A program made the translations under genes and the position numbers. Shown one piece after another: positions 1 through 12,399 of a DNA stretch of 64,000 nucleotides (position 1 is the stretch's first letter; every line of letters begins with the position of its first letter). Under the pieces are notes generated by a model. That model worked only from the letters and a program-made list of their open reading frames with translations. It was not told the origin of the DNA and made no database searches. The stretch spans positions 70,618,001 through 70,682,000 of the forward strand of contig OX597827.1 in the NCBI GenBank assembly GCA_951406725.2, read 5' to 3'. Source of the DNA: Octopus vulgaris (taxonomy: Eukaryota).

Positions 1-100
1 TTATTGTATCTCATTTGTTAACACAAAGCAACCACTACTTAAAAAAATGTCATTAGGAAGAGAGATTGATAAAGAGATGGGCGGAATAAAATATATATAT

Positions 101-512
101 ACTCTTACTCTCTCTCTTTTACTTGTTTCAGTCATTTGACTGCGGCCATGCTGGAGCACCGCCTTTAGTCGAGCAACTCGACCCCGAGACTTATTCTTTT
201 TGTAAGCCCAGTACTTATTCTATCGGTCTCTTTTTGCCGAACCGCTAAGTGACAGGGACATAAACACACCAGCATCGGTTGTCAAGCAATGCTAGGGGAA
301 CAAACACAGACACACAAACACACACACATATATATATATATACATATATACGACAGGCTTCTTTCAGTTTCCGTCTACCAAATCCACTCACAAGGCATTG
401 GTCGGCCCGGGGCTATAGCAGAAGACACTTGCCCAAGATGCCACGCAGTGGGACTGAACCCGGAACTATGTGGTTCATAAGCAAGCTACTTACCACACAG
501 CCACTCCACTTA
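101..512 (-). mobile_element. tRNA-derived CORE-type SINE, family A (octopus OR-like), full length
   Basis: Minus strand has a tRNA-like head (GGAGTGGCTGTGTGGTAAG A-box, GTTCAGTCCC B-box-like), the CORE-like CTTGGGCAAGTGTCTT motif, an internal (TA)/(TG) tract and the tail AAAGGCGGTGCTCCAGCATGGCCGCAGTCAAATGACTGAAACAAGTAAAAGAG; more than 15 copies in this window. Confidence 0.9.
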
Positions 513-1002
513 TATCTATAGGAAAATTAGATAAATAAATATGTTGAATAGATATAGAATATGAATATGTATGTGGGGAATAAAGATGTCCTTATATAGA
601 TTAAATTATAAATTAAAAATACATGAGTATGAAATGTAGGTGTAAAAAAAAAAGTAATTATTTATGGAGCTAGCGGTGAGGATAATGATGAACTGAAAGA
701 AAAAATTCTTTGAAGGAAAATTTTTGCAGGAATCAAGATAAGAAATATGGCAAAAAATGATTGCATGATCTAATGGTTTTTAATAACTTCTTAGTGCATA
801 TGTTATATCAGTTTGAGGACTTATATCGGGGTAATAAATACTTAGGTGTATGTCTACAGGTAGATGGAAGCTCAGATCATTTGTTTAGATTAGTGGTGGT
901 TTCTCAACCATTTTTTGCCTAAGGATCCCTTTGGTTCCTGTTTTAGTCAGGGGGACCCTTTTAGCCCTTCAAAGTTTTAAAAAATCCTATTATATCTCTA
1001 TG

Positions 1003-1372
1003 TAGGTGCAGGAGTGGCTGTGTGGTAAGTAGCTTGCTTACCAACCACATGGTTCCGGGTTCAGTCCCACTGTGTGGCACCTTGGGCAAGTGTTTTCTAC
1101 TATAGCCTTGGGCCGACCAAAGCCTTGTGAGTGGATTTGGTAGACAGAAACTGAAAGAATCCTGTCGTATATACGTATATATATATATGTGTGTGTGTTT
1201 GTGTGTCTGTGTTTGTCCCTCCAACATGGCTTGACAACTGGTGTGTTTACGTCCCCGTAACTTAGCGGTTCGGCAAAAAGAGAATGATAGAATAAGTACT
1301 AGGGTCAATTTGCTCGACTAAAGGCGGTGCTCCAGCATGGCCACAATCAAATGACTGAAACAAGTAAAAGAG
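1003..1372 (+). mobile_element. SINE family A, near full length
   Basis: TAGGTGCAGGAGTGGCTGTGTGGTAAG head through GACTGAAACAAGTAAAAGAG tail. Confidence 0.9.
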
Positions 1373-1375
1373 TTT

Positions 1376-2117
1376 GCATCCATGTGGCTTCTGGTTTAGT
1401 CCCACTACATTGCACATTGAGCAAATGTCTTCTCTTATAACCCCAAGCTGACCAATGCCTTGTGAGTGAATTTGATACATGAAAACAGTGTGCAACCCCC
1501 ATCGTATTTGTGTGTGTGTGTGTGTAATACGTGTGTGTGTATGCCTTTGTGATTGTCCTCTCCCACCATCATAACTTGACAACCAGTGTTAACATATTTA
1601 CATTCTCATAATTTAATGGACTGGCAAAAGAGACCAAGAGATCAAGTATCAGATTTTTAAAAAAAAGTACTCATACTCTTGTACTTGTTTCAGTCATTTG
1701 ACTGCAGCCATGCTGGAGCACCGCCTTTAGTCAAACAAATCGACCCCAGAACTTATTCTTTGTAAGCCTAGTACTTATTCTATCGGTCTCTTTTGCTGAA
1801 CAGCTAAGTTACAGGGATGCAAACACACCACCATTGGTTGTCAAGCGATGTTGGGGGGACAAACACAGACACACAAACACACACACACACACACACACAC
1901 ATACATATATATATGATGGGCTTCTTTCAGATTCCATCTACCAAATCCACTCACAAGGCTTTTGTCAGCCTGAGGTTATAGCAGAAGACACTTGCCCAAG
2001 GTGCCATGCAGTGGGACTGAACCCGGAACCATGTGGTTGGTAAGCAAGCTACTTACCACACAGCCACTCCTGCACCTACCATTTGTTCAACTAAACTCTT
2101 TAAGTCAGTATCCCAGC
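1376..2117 (+). mobile_element. Old diverged SINE family A copy interrupted by a younger antisense copy
   Basis: Diverged body at 1376-1670 resumes at ~2081 (ATTTGTTCAACTAAA...CCCAGC) after the nested copy. Confidence 0.7.
1674..2078 (-). mobile_element. SINE family A, full length, nested
   Basis: Same head, CORE motif and tail on the minus strand. Confidence 0.9.
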
Positions 2118-2626
2118 TTCTACAGGAGCCAACAAAAATCTTACATGCACCATAGCAAACGTTAATCAAATTTCAGTTAAAGATTTTGTGATATTTGTGT
2201 TTAGTGGGAAAATGTTAAGAAATTAAATAAAGGAGCTCTTTAGATATGTTTGTTTGCACATTTAAATTATACAGGGGATTAAACCACAATTTTTCATTGC
2301 CTTATTTTACACTTTTCAAACCTCCTACTCATACCTCAGTCTTTCTTCCAGTATTTTTTTTATTTTTCAAAAGGCAGTTGATTTATGTCAATGACTAAAG
2401 TTTAACATGTTTTTATTAGCAACTAAACAAAATACGTCATGGTATTTAAATATTTTCTACGTTTATTTGTAAAGTGAATCATTTATTTTATTGATCACCA
2501 TTATTTGAAGATTGGAAATGAGAATCTTGGAGAAACGATTCATGAAATGTTCAATATATATACATATATATGCATAAACACATATATATGTACATATACA
2601 TGTATGTATGTATTGATATATGCATT

Positions 2627-2657
<31 letters not shown>

Positions 2658-2689
2658 ATATATATATATATATATGTATACATATACAC

Positions 2690-2862
2690 CTAGCCACTAA
2701 AGCTATTTTTATTCTCTCTCACTTTATTTTCTTGTGTTCCTTTCTGTTAAAGAGCATAGGCTCAAAATGTAAAAGACTTTCTCACCTTCCCGAGCATTAA
2801 ACACCTGTTTGTTGTTTACACACTTGTCTTCGTCTTTTGCTTTTTTTGGTAAATTCCAATTA
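2690..2862 (+). repeat. Penelope-like pLTR-type interspersed repeat with a decayed minimal hammerhead motif
   Basis: Aligns by eye with 59935-60095 and 24350-24540; motif TTTCTGTTAAAGAGCATAGGCTCAAAATGTAAAAGA at 2741-2776. Confidence 0.55.
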
Positions 2863-3156
2863 CATATATATATACACACACACATACATATATAAATATA
2901 TATATACACATACATATACATACATACATATATAAATATATATATATACACACAGACATATATTTATTATATATATATATATATTTATTATATATATATA
3001 TATATATGTACATTATATATATATATATATATATATGTGTATATGTTGGTTTAAAAAGTTTTGTTAAAATTATATATATATAAAAAAAAAAAAAAACAAT
3101 ATATACAAAAATAATAATAACATATAAACATATATATATATAATAGAACACATAAC

Positions 3157-3189
<33 letters not shown>

Positions 3190-4565
3190 TATATATATAC
3201 ATATATATACACACACATAAGCACCCATGTATGTGTATTTATACATGCATATATATATATATGTGTGTGTGTATATACATATATGTGTGTGTGTGTGTGT
3301 TAATGATTGTGTGTATGTATAGAAACACACATATGTATGTGGCTATCCACAGATACAAAACAAGATATATATTTATCAAACACATGCATTTAACATTTAA
3401 CCATGTATAGTGATATCTAATTGTAGAAAATATGTTTATGGATATATTTTCATGGCAATAAACAAACATATATGTCTGTGTGTATGTATGTGTGTAATTG
3501 TGTTAGTGCATGAGTGTGCATATATTCATTTCATACGTATACTCATGTATGTGTATTTATACATGCATATATATATGTGTGTGTGTATATACATGTGTGT
3601 GTGTGTGTGTGTGTTAATGATTGTGTGTATGTATATGTGAGAGAGAGATTGTGTGTGTATACAGAGAATGGAAATGAGTTCAAGATAGTGACAGACAGAC
3701 AAACTGGCAGACAGATAGATGTGATGTGAAAGTGAAAGTGAGAAAAAGAAGAAAGAAGAAAATGAGGAGGAAAAGGAGAGAGGAAGAGTGGGAGAGCAGT
3801 TTAGAATTTTATTTAAAAATTTGAAAATAAAAGATTTTAGAAGGCATCTGTGGCGGGTTGTGGTGTTGAATGCTGGAGAAGGGGAGGGTGTTATATGAAT
3901 GGTTGAAGTTGATAAGGAAGGAAAGAGACAGAGAGAGGAAGAGGGAGGGGGAGAAGGAGAGAGGGAGATGTATAGGGAAGGAGAGAGAGAGAGAGAGGAT
4001 AGACACAGAGTATGTGAGTGTATGAAAAGAGATGGGGTAAAATAAGTGATGGGGAGGTGTGTGGATAAACATAGAATAGTAAACAGTGAGAGGAGCAGAA
4101 AGAGGAGATATGTTTATGTGTGTGTGAGAGGGGGAGAGAGAGAGAGAGAGAGACATACAGAGAGATAGGCAGACAAGCAGATAGATAGACAGAGAGGGGG
4201 AGAAAGAGATATATACAGAGAGGATGGGAGAATGGAAATGAAACATAAGGTGGGTTGTAGACAGGGGATGGTAATGGTTGTAAGAAGGAGAGTAATGGAA
4301 AGAAGAAGGAGAGAGAGAGAGAGAGAGAGAGTAGATGAGAAGTAAAAATCAAAGGAGAGGTGGAGCTTACTTTGCAGGATAGTAATAAGGGGAGGTGCCT
4401 ATTGGGGAGTCGAGCAACAATGTGAGATTATGTTTGTCTACCACATTTCCATATATGGTATGATGTCTTAATTTGGGAGGGAATATTTGCAGAAATTTGT
4501 GTGTACGTGTATTTGTATGTATATATGTTTATGTGAATGTGTGTGGGTGTGATTGTACAAGACTG

Positions 4566-4609
<44 letters not shown>

Positions 4610-5952
4610 ATACATGCACATGTATATATATATATATTATATGTATGTATGTATGTATAGATGTGTGTTTATGTTTGTGAGTATAGATACCTATGTGTGG
4701 ATATATGTCAGGTCAGATGAATATGTGTGTATTTGTGTGTATATGTATGTGTGTATATAATATATATATATGTATGTGTCTTTTTGCTTAACTATGTGTC
4801 TGTGTATATATATATATATATACATAGACACACACATATATGTGTGTAAATGTATATATCTATATGTATATATCCGTATAAATGTAAATGTGTATGTGTG
4901 TATATATATATATATGTGTGTGTACATATATATAATGAAACGAATATGTGAGTAGATCTCTGTGCTTTGGAAAAAATCTATGTATTGGTAGTATCATTTC
5001 TCAAGAAATTATGAATTCTACAGGTGTGTATGTGTGTGTGTGTGCATGCACACACGTGTATCTGTACGTGTGTTACTTTCGCAGCGTTTCCCTCATGTGT
5101 ACACACATGAAAAAAAGCATGCATTACTACATGTTTATGCTCACACTTCAGTGTGTGTATATCGACGTGCTTGTTTATGCACAATCATTAAAGCCCAGCT
5201 CGTTAACACATCAACTGGGCCACTCCAATACACACACAGCGAAGCACCTGCATTTGCAGTGCTCTGCAATGTGCAAGCGTCAATTTTTGTGCACTTGGGA
5301 CAAAACATGTGTGTATCATTACCTTATATGGTATAACACTCACAAACAACTCAATGGTCACCTCCCTTTCACTGGTATATACTTGCTTATTGTCCCACAT
5401 TTGAAAACAAGAACTCACACACATACACACACCTCACACACACACATATATATACTGACATACATACACACATGCATACATAGATACATTTATAGACACA
5501 TAGATATATACATACATTTATACATACTTAAATACATACACATATTCATACATACATTTATGTAAACATACATAGATAGATACATATGTATGTATATAAT
5601 ATATATATGTGTGTGTGTGTATACATATATGTCATCATCATCATCATCATCATCGTTTAACGTCCGTTTTCCATGCTAGCATGGGTGAGACATTATATAT
5701 ATACATACATATATGTACATATATACATACATGCACATATTTATGTATATATAAACATATATATATATGTACATATACACATACACATATGTATGTACAA
5801 ATACATACGTATATACACATATTTTGATATATATGAACATATAGAACATACATATATAAGTATATACATATGTATGTATATGAACATAAATATATATATA
5901 TATATGTGTGTGTGTATATATATATATGTTTGTGTATATATGTATGTATATA

Positions 5953-5993
<41 letters not shown>

Positions 5994-6150
5994 GCACAAA
6001 AACAACCACTTTTTCATATATGCCTGCAAACATGTTACTCAAATCATTTTCCTTTATACCCATCCCTCTCTCTGTTTCTCTTGCTTTCCCTCTCTCTGCT
6101 TCTCTCTTTTTTCCTCTCTCTCTTTTCTCTCTCTCTCTCTCTCTCCCTCT
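2863..6150. repeat. Compound microsatellite / low-complexity region: (TA)n, (TG)n, (GA)n
   Basis: Direct inspection; also contains a 3' stub of the (ATG)n-tailed family C at ~5633-5686. Confidence 0.9.
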
Positions 6151-6517
6151 TCATATTAATGGTTTCTAAATTCAGCTCAAAGCTGCCCTAATCTGAAAGA
6201 AGAGGGTTACTCAATGCCATTGACCCCCACTCTGCACCCCCCACCTCCCCAGTACTTGACTGCTTCTTCATTGGTCCTCCAGTGTACCAATCCCAGAGGT
6301 ATCAAATGTGAAGCTGACTTTGATAGGATTTGAACTCACAATGTTAAGAATCGGAGGAAATACTGCAGAACAGTTTGTCTGATACTACCAATCCATGACA
6401 ATGATGATGGTGGTGGTGGCCATGGTGCTGGTGGTGATAGGAGTAATAATGACAGCAACAACAAATAATAATATTAACAATAATAATAATAATAATACTG
6501 ATGATGATGATGATGAT

Positions 6518-6734
6518 AATCCTTTCTACTGGAAGCACAAGGCCTCAAATTTGGGGGAAGGGATTAAGTCTATGACATCGACCTCACTGCGCAACTGGTA
6601 TTGATTTAATCGAACCTGAAAGGATGAAAGGCAAAGTCGACTGCAGCGGAATTTGAACTCGGAATGTAGTTGCAGACGAAATAGCACAAAGCATTTCACC
6701 CAGCGTGCTAATGAGTCTGCCAGCAAACCACTTT
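6518..6734 (-). mobile_element. tRNA-derived SINE family B (tail type 2)
   Basis: Minus strand has the GCTGGCAGA..TTAGCACG head, GAGTTCAAATTCC B-box, central GTCGACTTTGCCTTTCATCCTTTC domain and a tail ending GTAGAAAGGATTAT; an older copy lies at ~6158-6395. Confidence 0.85.
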
Positions 6735-7188
6735 AATAATAATAATAATAATAATAATAATGATAATAATGTTGATGATGATAATAATGGTAATGATGAT
6801 GACAACGACGGCGATAATGGTGATAATGATGATGATGATGATGACAATGATGATGATAATGGTGATGATGGTCATGATGATGATCATGATCATGATCATG
6901 ATGACGATGACGATCATGATGATGATAATGGTGATAATATGATGATCATGATGATGATATGATGGTGATGATGATGATGATGATGAAAATGATGATCATC
7001 ATCATGATAATGGTGATAATAATGATGATGATGGTCATCATCATAATGACGATGATGATGATGATAATGGTGATGATGGTCATCATCATGATAATGATGA
7101 TGATGATAATGATGATGATGGTCATCATCATAATGACGATGATGATGATGATAATGGTGATTATTATAGATGATGATAATGATAATAA
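6735..7188. repeat. (AAT)/(GAT) trinucleotide microsatellite
   Basis: Direct inspection. Confidence 0.95.
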
Positions 7189-7515
7189 TGCCCAGCTGAC
7201 AACAAGGTGTGCGATAAGGAAGAAAGAAAAGTCGAGAGATATGACAAGTTAGCTTGGGCGGTTAAGCAGTTGGGGTCACTGAAAAAAGTGGTAATAGTAC
7301 CAATAATTGTTGGAGCCCAGGGAACAGTGAAAAAAGGTCTTGAGAAGTATGTGGAACAAATAAGAGCTGCAATAAGGGTGGACCACTGCTTGAAACTGCT
7401 CAAATACTCTGGAAGGTGCTGGAAAAATTAAGGGTGTTACCTTAGTTCACTGGTAGTGAACAGCTGACACCGTAATACATCTCCAGCCTTAGAAGCTGTG
7501 CAAAGGCAATAAAAT
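7189..7515 (+). mobile_element. 5'-truncated R4/Dong-like non-LTR retrotransposon (restriction-like endonuclease C-terminus plus 3' UTR)
   Basis: Translation CPADNKVCDKEERKVERYDKLAWAVKQLGSLKKVVIVPIIVGAQGTVKKGLEKY matches the KExEKxxKYxxL...VxVVPxVIGALG RLE pattern; ends in (TAA)n. Confidence 0.8.
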
Positions 7516-7554
7516 AACAATAATAATAATAATAATAATGATGATGATGATCTG

Positions 7555-7782
7555 TAAGGTGGAAAGCTGGTAGAGTCATTAGCACACAGGGCAAAATGCT
7601 TGGCGGCAGATCATCAGACACTATGTTCTGAGTTCAAATTCCACTGTGATCATCTTCCCTTTTCATTCTTTCAGGGTTGACAATCGCCCATCCCCAGGGA
7701 ACTGGGGAGGGGGGTGAAGGTGATGTAATCAACTTACCCCCTCTCCTGAAATTGCTGGCCTTGTGCCAAAATTTGAAACCAA
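7555..7782 (+). mobile_element. SINE family B, diverged
   Basis: TAAGGTGGAAAGCTGGTAGAG head, GTTCTGAGTTCAAATTCC, tail GGCCTTGTGCCAAAATTTGAAACC(AAT)n. Confidence 0.8.
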
Positions 7783-7789
7783 TAATAAC

Positions 7790-8545
7790 AATCTTTTCTA
7801 TTAAAAGTGCAAGGCTTGAAATTTGGGGGTAGGTGAGGGTTAGTCAATTACATCGACCCCAGTGCTCCACTGGTACTTATTTTATCGACCTCCAAAAGGA
7901 TGGAAAGCAAAGTCAACCTTGGCTAAATTTGAACTCAGAATGTAAAGGTGGACAAAGCACCACTAAGCATTTTCTCTGGTGTGCTTGCTTCATATTTCTT
8001 TATTGCCCTCTAGGGGCTAAACACAGAGGGAACAAACAAGGACAGACACACGGATTAAGTCGATTACATCGACCCCAGTGCGTAACTGGTACTTAATTTA
8101 TCGACCCCGGAAGGATGAAAGGCAAAGTCGACCTCGGTGGAATTTGAACTCAGAACGTAACAGCAGATGAAATACCCCTAAGAATTTTGCCCGACGTGCT
8201 AACGATTCTGCCAGCTCGCCGCCTTGTGTGCTAATGCTTCAACTAATTGTAATAATAGTAATAATAATAATAATAATAATATTTCTTTATTGTCCACAAG
8301 GGGCTAAACATAGAGGGGACAAACAAAGACAGACAAACGGATTAAGTCGATTATATGAACCCCAGTGCATAACTGGTACTTATTTAATTGACCCCGAAAG
8401 GATGAACGGCAAAGTCGACCTCGGCGGAATTTGAACTCAGAACGTAGCGGCAGACAAAATACAGCTATGCATTTCGCCCAGCGTGCTAACAATTCTGCCA
8501 GCTCGCCGCCTTATATGCTAATGCTTCAACCAGCTTGTTGCCTTC
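7790..8545 (-). mobile_element. SINE family B cluster: an old copy with two younger tail-type-1 copies (~7993-8225, ~8281-8512) in its head region
   Basis: Three central domains; both young copies are followed by the same TGCTAATGCTTCAAC flank. Confidence 0.8.
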
Positions 8546-8599
8546 AACAATTGTAATAATAATAATAATAATCTTTTCTAAGCCCTTTAAAAGAACTTA

Positions 8600-8669
8600 T
8601 AGGGCTGGGCCTCCAACCAGGCCTTTGGTGATGCCCTTAAATCCAGGAACTTTTCAGCACTCCCTCATA
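8600..8669 (-). mobile_element. Solo mariner terminal fragment
   Basis: CCAGGAACTTTTCAGCACTCCCTCATA is the reverse complement of the TIR type at 45182; adjacent sequence also matches 45210-45245. Confidence 0.65.
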
Positions 8670-8759
8670 ACTAGAAAAATCCTATAAAATATCCACCAAA
8701 GGACTACAGAAATATTTAATTCAGAACCAAGGAAAACTGACGCAAATAACTGCAAGATG

Positions 8760-9172
8760 CAGACATGGGTTTGTGGTAAGAACTTTGCTTCCCAGTGACA
8801 TGGTTCCAGGTTCAATCCCAATGTGTGAAGCCACGAGCAAGTGTCTTCTACTATTGCCTGAGGCCAACCAAAGCCTTCTGAGTAGATTGGTAGACGGAAA
8901 CTGAAAGAAGCCTGTTGTGTATGCATGTGTGGGCATGCGTATGTGTGTGAGTGTGTCCTTGTGTCTGTCTCCTACCACCACTTGACAACCGGTGATGGTG
9001 CGTTTACATCCCTGCACTTAGCAGTTCGGCAAAAATGGCCAATGATATAAATAACCGGCTTTTAAAAAAGTAAGTACCAAAGTCGATTCGTTTGACTAGA
9101 AACTTCTCCAAGGCTGTGCCCCAGCATGGCCACAATGCATCTTTATAATCAAATAAAAGTATAAAAGATAAA
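8760..9172 (+). mobile_element. SINE family A, older subfamily
   Basis: Diverged head, GGTAGACGGAAACTGAAAGAAGCC, tail CCAGCATGGCCACA...AAAAGATA. Confidence 0.85.
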
Positions 9173-9324
9173 GATGAAAGCTATTTTCTCTCTGCCAGAA
9201 AGCCCCAAAATGCAAAACAGCAACCAATGATATTCATCAGCTACGAAGGAAAGAAAAGAGGGGAAACAGCAAAGACTGTAAAACAGCTAAAATTTAAGAC
9301 AAAACTAGGATTGGAGAATCCCAT

Positions 9325-9872
9325 GATGGAATAATGGTAAATAAAGCCATGATGATGATGACGACGACAATGAAGATGGTGATGATGATAATCATGATGA
9401 TGACGATGATGAATATGATGAAGATGATGACGATGATGAAGATGATGAAGACGATGAAGACAATGAAGATGATGATGGCGACGATAATGAAGATGATGAC
9501 GACGATGAAGATGATGAAGACAACAATGATGAAGATGACGACGACGATGAAGATGATGATGACGACGACGATGAAGATGATGATGACGACGACGATGAAG
9601 ATGACGACGCTGAAGATGATGATCATGACGATGATAACGATGAAGATGATGAAGACGACAACGATGAAGATGATGACGACGATCATGATGATGACGATGA
9701 TGAAGACGACGACAATGAAGATGACGACAATGAAGATGATGACAACGATGAAGATGACGACGACGATGAAGATGATGACGATGATGATGAATATGATGAC
9801 AACGATGACAAAGATGATGATGATAATGATTGTGGTGATGATGATGAGGGTGGTGGTGGTGGTGGTAGTGGT
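9325..9872. repeat. (GAT/GAC/GAA) compound trinucleotide repeat ending in (GGT)n
   Basis: Direct inspection. Confidence 0.95.
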
Positions 9873-9877
9873 GGGGA

Positions 9878-10222
9878 ATGTGGCATCTCTAGACAGTTAC
9901 AATACAAGTGATTGCAGGAGCACTAGGAATGATCAAAAAAGGAACTGAAAGTTATTTGAGAATGATCCTTCTTTTATCATCCCTGCAAGAAGTGAAAAAA
10001 AACCTGTTTTATATTGTTATGTCACACAAATTGAGAAGAACATTGTCATTGTGAAAATGATAACCTTCTATGAAAAATAACTTTATTTGGTTTGTAAATG
10101 AACAATCTGGTGTGTTTATTTTAATGGCTTATCAATGTTTACAGTGAGTTTTTTTTTTGCCCTAGGTGTCAGGAAGACACTCAGCTAGAAATGGAAACAA
10201 AATTGAAAAAAGAAGAAAAACT
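9878..10222 (+). mobile_element. Second R4/Dong-like 3' fragment (different family)
   Basis: MWHL*TVTIQVIAGALGMIKKGTESYLRMILLLSSLQEV matches the RLE C-terminal pattern; 3' UTR followed by (TAA)n. Confidence 0.75.
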
Positions 10223-10658
10223 AGTAATAATAATAATGATGCTTGTCAGTTGTTTGACCTAAACCAGTTGAGCATGTCCCTTGGTGGCTGACGATATGTG
10301 CATCTCTGATCATGAGCAGAAATAGTGGGGGAGCATCATAGCCATGTGTTGAGAGGGATTCTTTGGGATTTGAATAATTCACTTCTGGAAACATGGGTGG
10401 TTCTTTCAACATCCTTAAACAATCCTTATTCAGGGACCTTTTGAGTGGGATGAGCTACTCGAACTTAAGAAAATTCTAACTGGGTCCTACCTGCAAGGTC
10501 ATGTGCTGTTTATGATATGAAATCACCATGTTACGCACATTTGGTTGTGATGCATCTGCCTGGTGTACTCTTATCAGATGGGTAGTCATGATGAGTATCC
10601 TGGGTTTCATATATTTTACCCCAGTGTCAGTTTGATGGCATGCACTGCTCTCTCACTC

Positions 10659-10716
<58 letters not shown>

Positions 10717-10720
10717 GTAA

Positions 10721-11117
10721 TACTCTTTACTCTTTTACTCTTACTTGTTTCAGTCATTTGACTCCAGCCATGCTGGAGCACCGCCTTTAATCAAGAAATT
10801 TAACCCCAGTATTTATTCTATTGGTCTCTTTTGCCGAACCGCTAAGTAACGGGGACATAAACACACCAGCATCGGTTGTCAAGCAATGCTAGGGGGACAA
10901 ACACAGACACACAAACACACATATATATATATATATATATATACATATATACGACGGGCTTCTTTCAGTTTCCGTCTACCAAATCCACTCACAAGGCTTT
11001 GGTTGGCCCGAGGCTATAGTAGAAGACACTTGCCCAAGGTGCCATGCAGTGGGACTGAACCCGGAACCATGTGGTTGGTAAGCAAGCTACTTACCACACA
11101 GCCACTCCTGCGCCTAT
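10721..11117 (-). mobile_element. SINE family A
   Basis: Full head and tail; lies in an (AAT)n tract. Confidence 0.9.
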
Positions 11118-11349
11118 AATAATATTATTTCTTTTATTGTCCACAAGGGCCCAAGACATGGGGGACAATATCGAAGGACAAGTTACAACATACTTACTAA
11201 AACAATAACAACACTAGGAGCAAAAAAATGTTCCTCACTTCCCCCTATCTCTCTCTCTCTCTCTCTCTCTATCTTTTTGTCCCTCTCTGTCTCAGTGTTT
11301 TTGTTGTTTTTGTTTAATTTCATCCAGAATGAAAACTTCCCCTCTTCAT

Positions 11350-11741
11350 AATCCTTTCTACCAAAAGCACAAGGCTTGGAATTTTGGGGGGAGGGGATAG
11401 TTGATTACATCGGCCCCCAGTGTCTCACTAGTACTTAATTTATCGATCCTGAAAGGATGAAAGGCACAGTCAACCTTGGCAGAGTTTGAACTCAGAACCT
11501 AAGGACAGATGAAATAGCTATTTCTTTACTACCCACAAGGGGCTAAACACAGAGGAGACAAACAAGGACAGACAAATGGATTAAGTCGATTACATCGACC
11601 CCAGTGTCTCACTGATCGACCCCAAAAGGATGAAAAGCAAAATTGACCTCGGCAGAATTTGAACTCAGAACCTAAAGACAGACGAAATACCACTAAGCAT
11701 TTCACTCGACGTGCTGACAATTCTGCCAGCTCGCCACCTTC
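11350..11741 (-). mobile_element. Dimeric SINE family B with 15-bp target-site duplication
   Basis: ACTTCCCCTCTTCAT at 11335-11349 and 11742-11756 flanks two central domains carrying two different tails. Confidence 0.85.
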
Positions 11742-11816
11742 ACTTCCCCTCTTCATGATGACAGCACAGATCTGACGAGGCCAGGTTGACTTATCAGTTT
11801 TCTACACTCTCTTTAC

Positions 11817-12036
11817 CCCTTTAGCATTCAGATTATTCTGTCAAATATATTGCTTATTTATTCACATTGTTTTGAGAATTAATCATGTATTGTCCTATAG
11901 CTTTCAGCTTTTGATGAGGTAACTTAATTTTTAGAATTACATTGTAGGGTAGGTTTGAGATGCCAGAGCTGGCCAGTTTGAACATAAAGCAGGTAGAAAA
12001 TTTTGGCCTGATATGGCCAGTTTAAATGCTAAAGGG
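11817..12036. mobile_element. piggyBac-type MITE
   Basis: Perfect 12-bp TIR CCCTTTAGCATT / AATGCTAAAGGG; flanks TTAC and TCAA are each one change from TTAA. Confidence 0.75.
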
Positions 12037-12091
12037 TCAAATATATCAATTCCCAACTTAACCAGTAATTTTAATGTTTGTACCTGTCATT

Positions 12092-12310
12092 ATCATCATC
12101 ATCACCATCATCATTTAACGTCCGCTTTCCATGCTAGCATGGGTTGGACGGTTCAACCGGGGTCTGGGAAGCCAGGAGGCTGCGCCAGGCTCCAGTCTAA
12201 TCTGGCAGTGTTTCTACAGCTGGATGCCCTTCCTAACGCCAACCACTCCATGAGTGTAGTGGGTGCTTTTTACGTGCCACCAGCACAGGTGCCAGGGGAA
12301 GCTGGCAGCT
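12092..12310 (-). mobile_element. (ATG)n-tailed retroposon family C (RTE-type tail), 5'-truncated
   Basis: Minus strand GTTGGCGTTAGGAAGGGCATCCAGCTGTAGAAAC...CGGACGTTAAA(TGA)n; homologous to 27360, 47733, 52224, 57928 and 63142. Confidence 0.85.
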
Positions 12311-12399
12311 GTTTTAACTCAAAAACATCATATGCTTCCTATTCCTTCCTCTCTCTCTCGTTTAAGAAGGACAAAGATAAGAGAGGGAAAGTCATTAAT

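Noticed and set aside
1003-1080. tRNA-like sequences at SINE heads as tRNA genes
   Set aside because: They continue into CORE or central domains and LINE-type tails, and I could not fold a proper cloverleaf
9334-9948. Met/Asp-rich ORFs, also at 6705-7252
   Set aside because: Trinucleotide repeat artefacts
11771-11800. CTGACGAG hammerhead core start
   Set aside because: No downstream GAAA, stems or cleavage triplet
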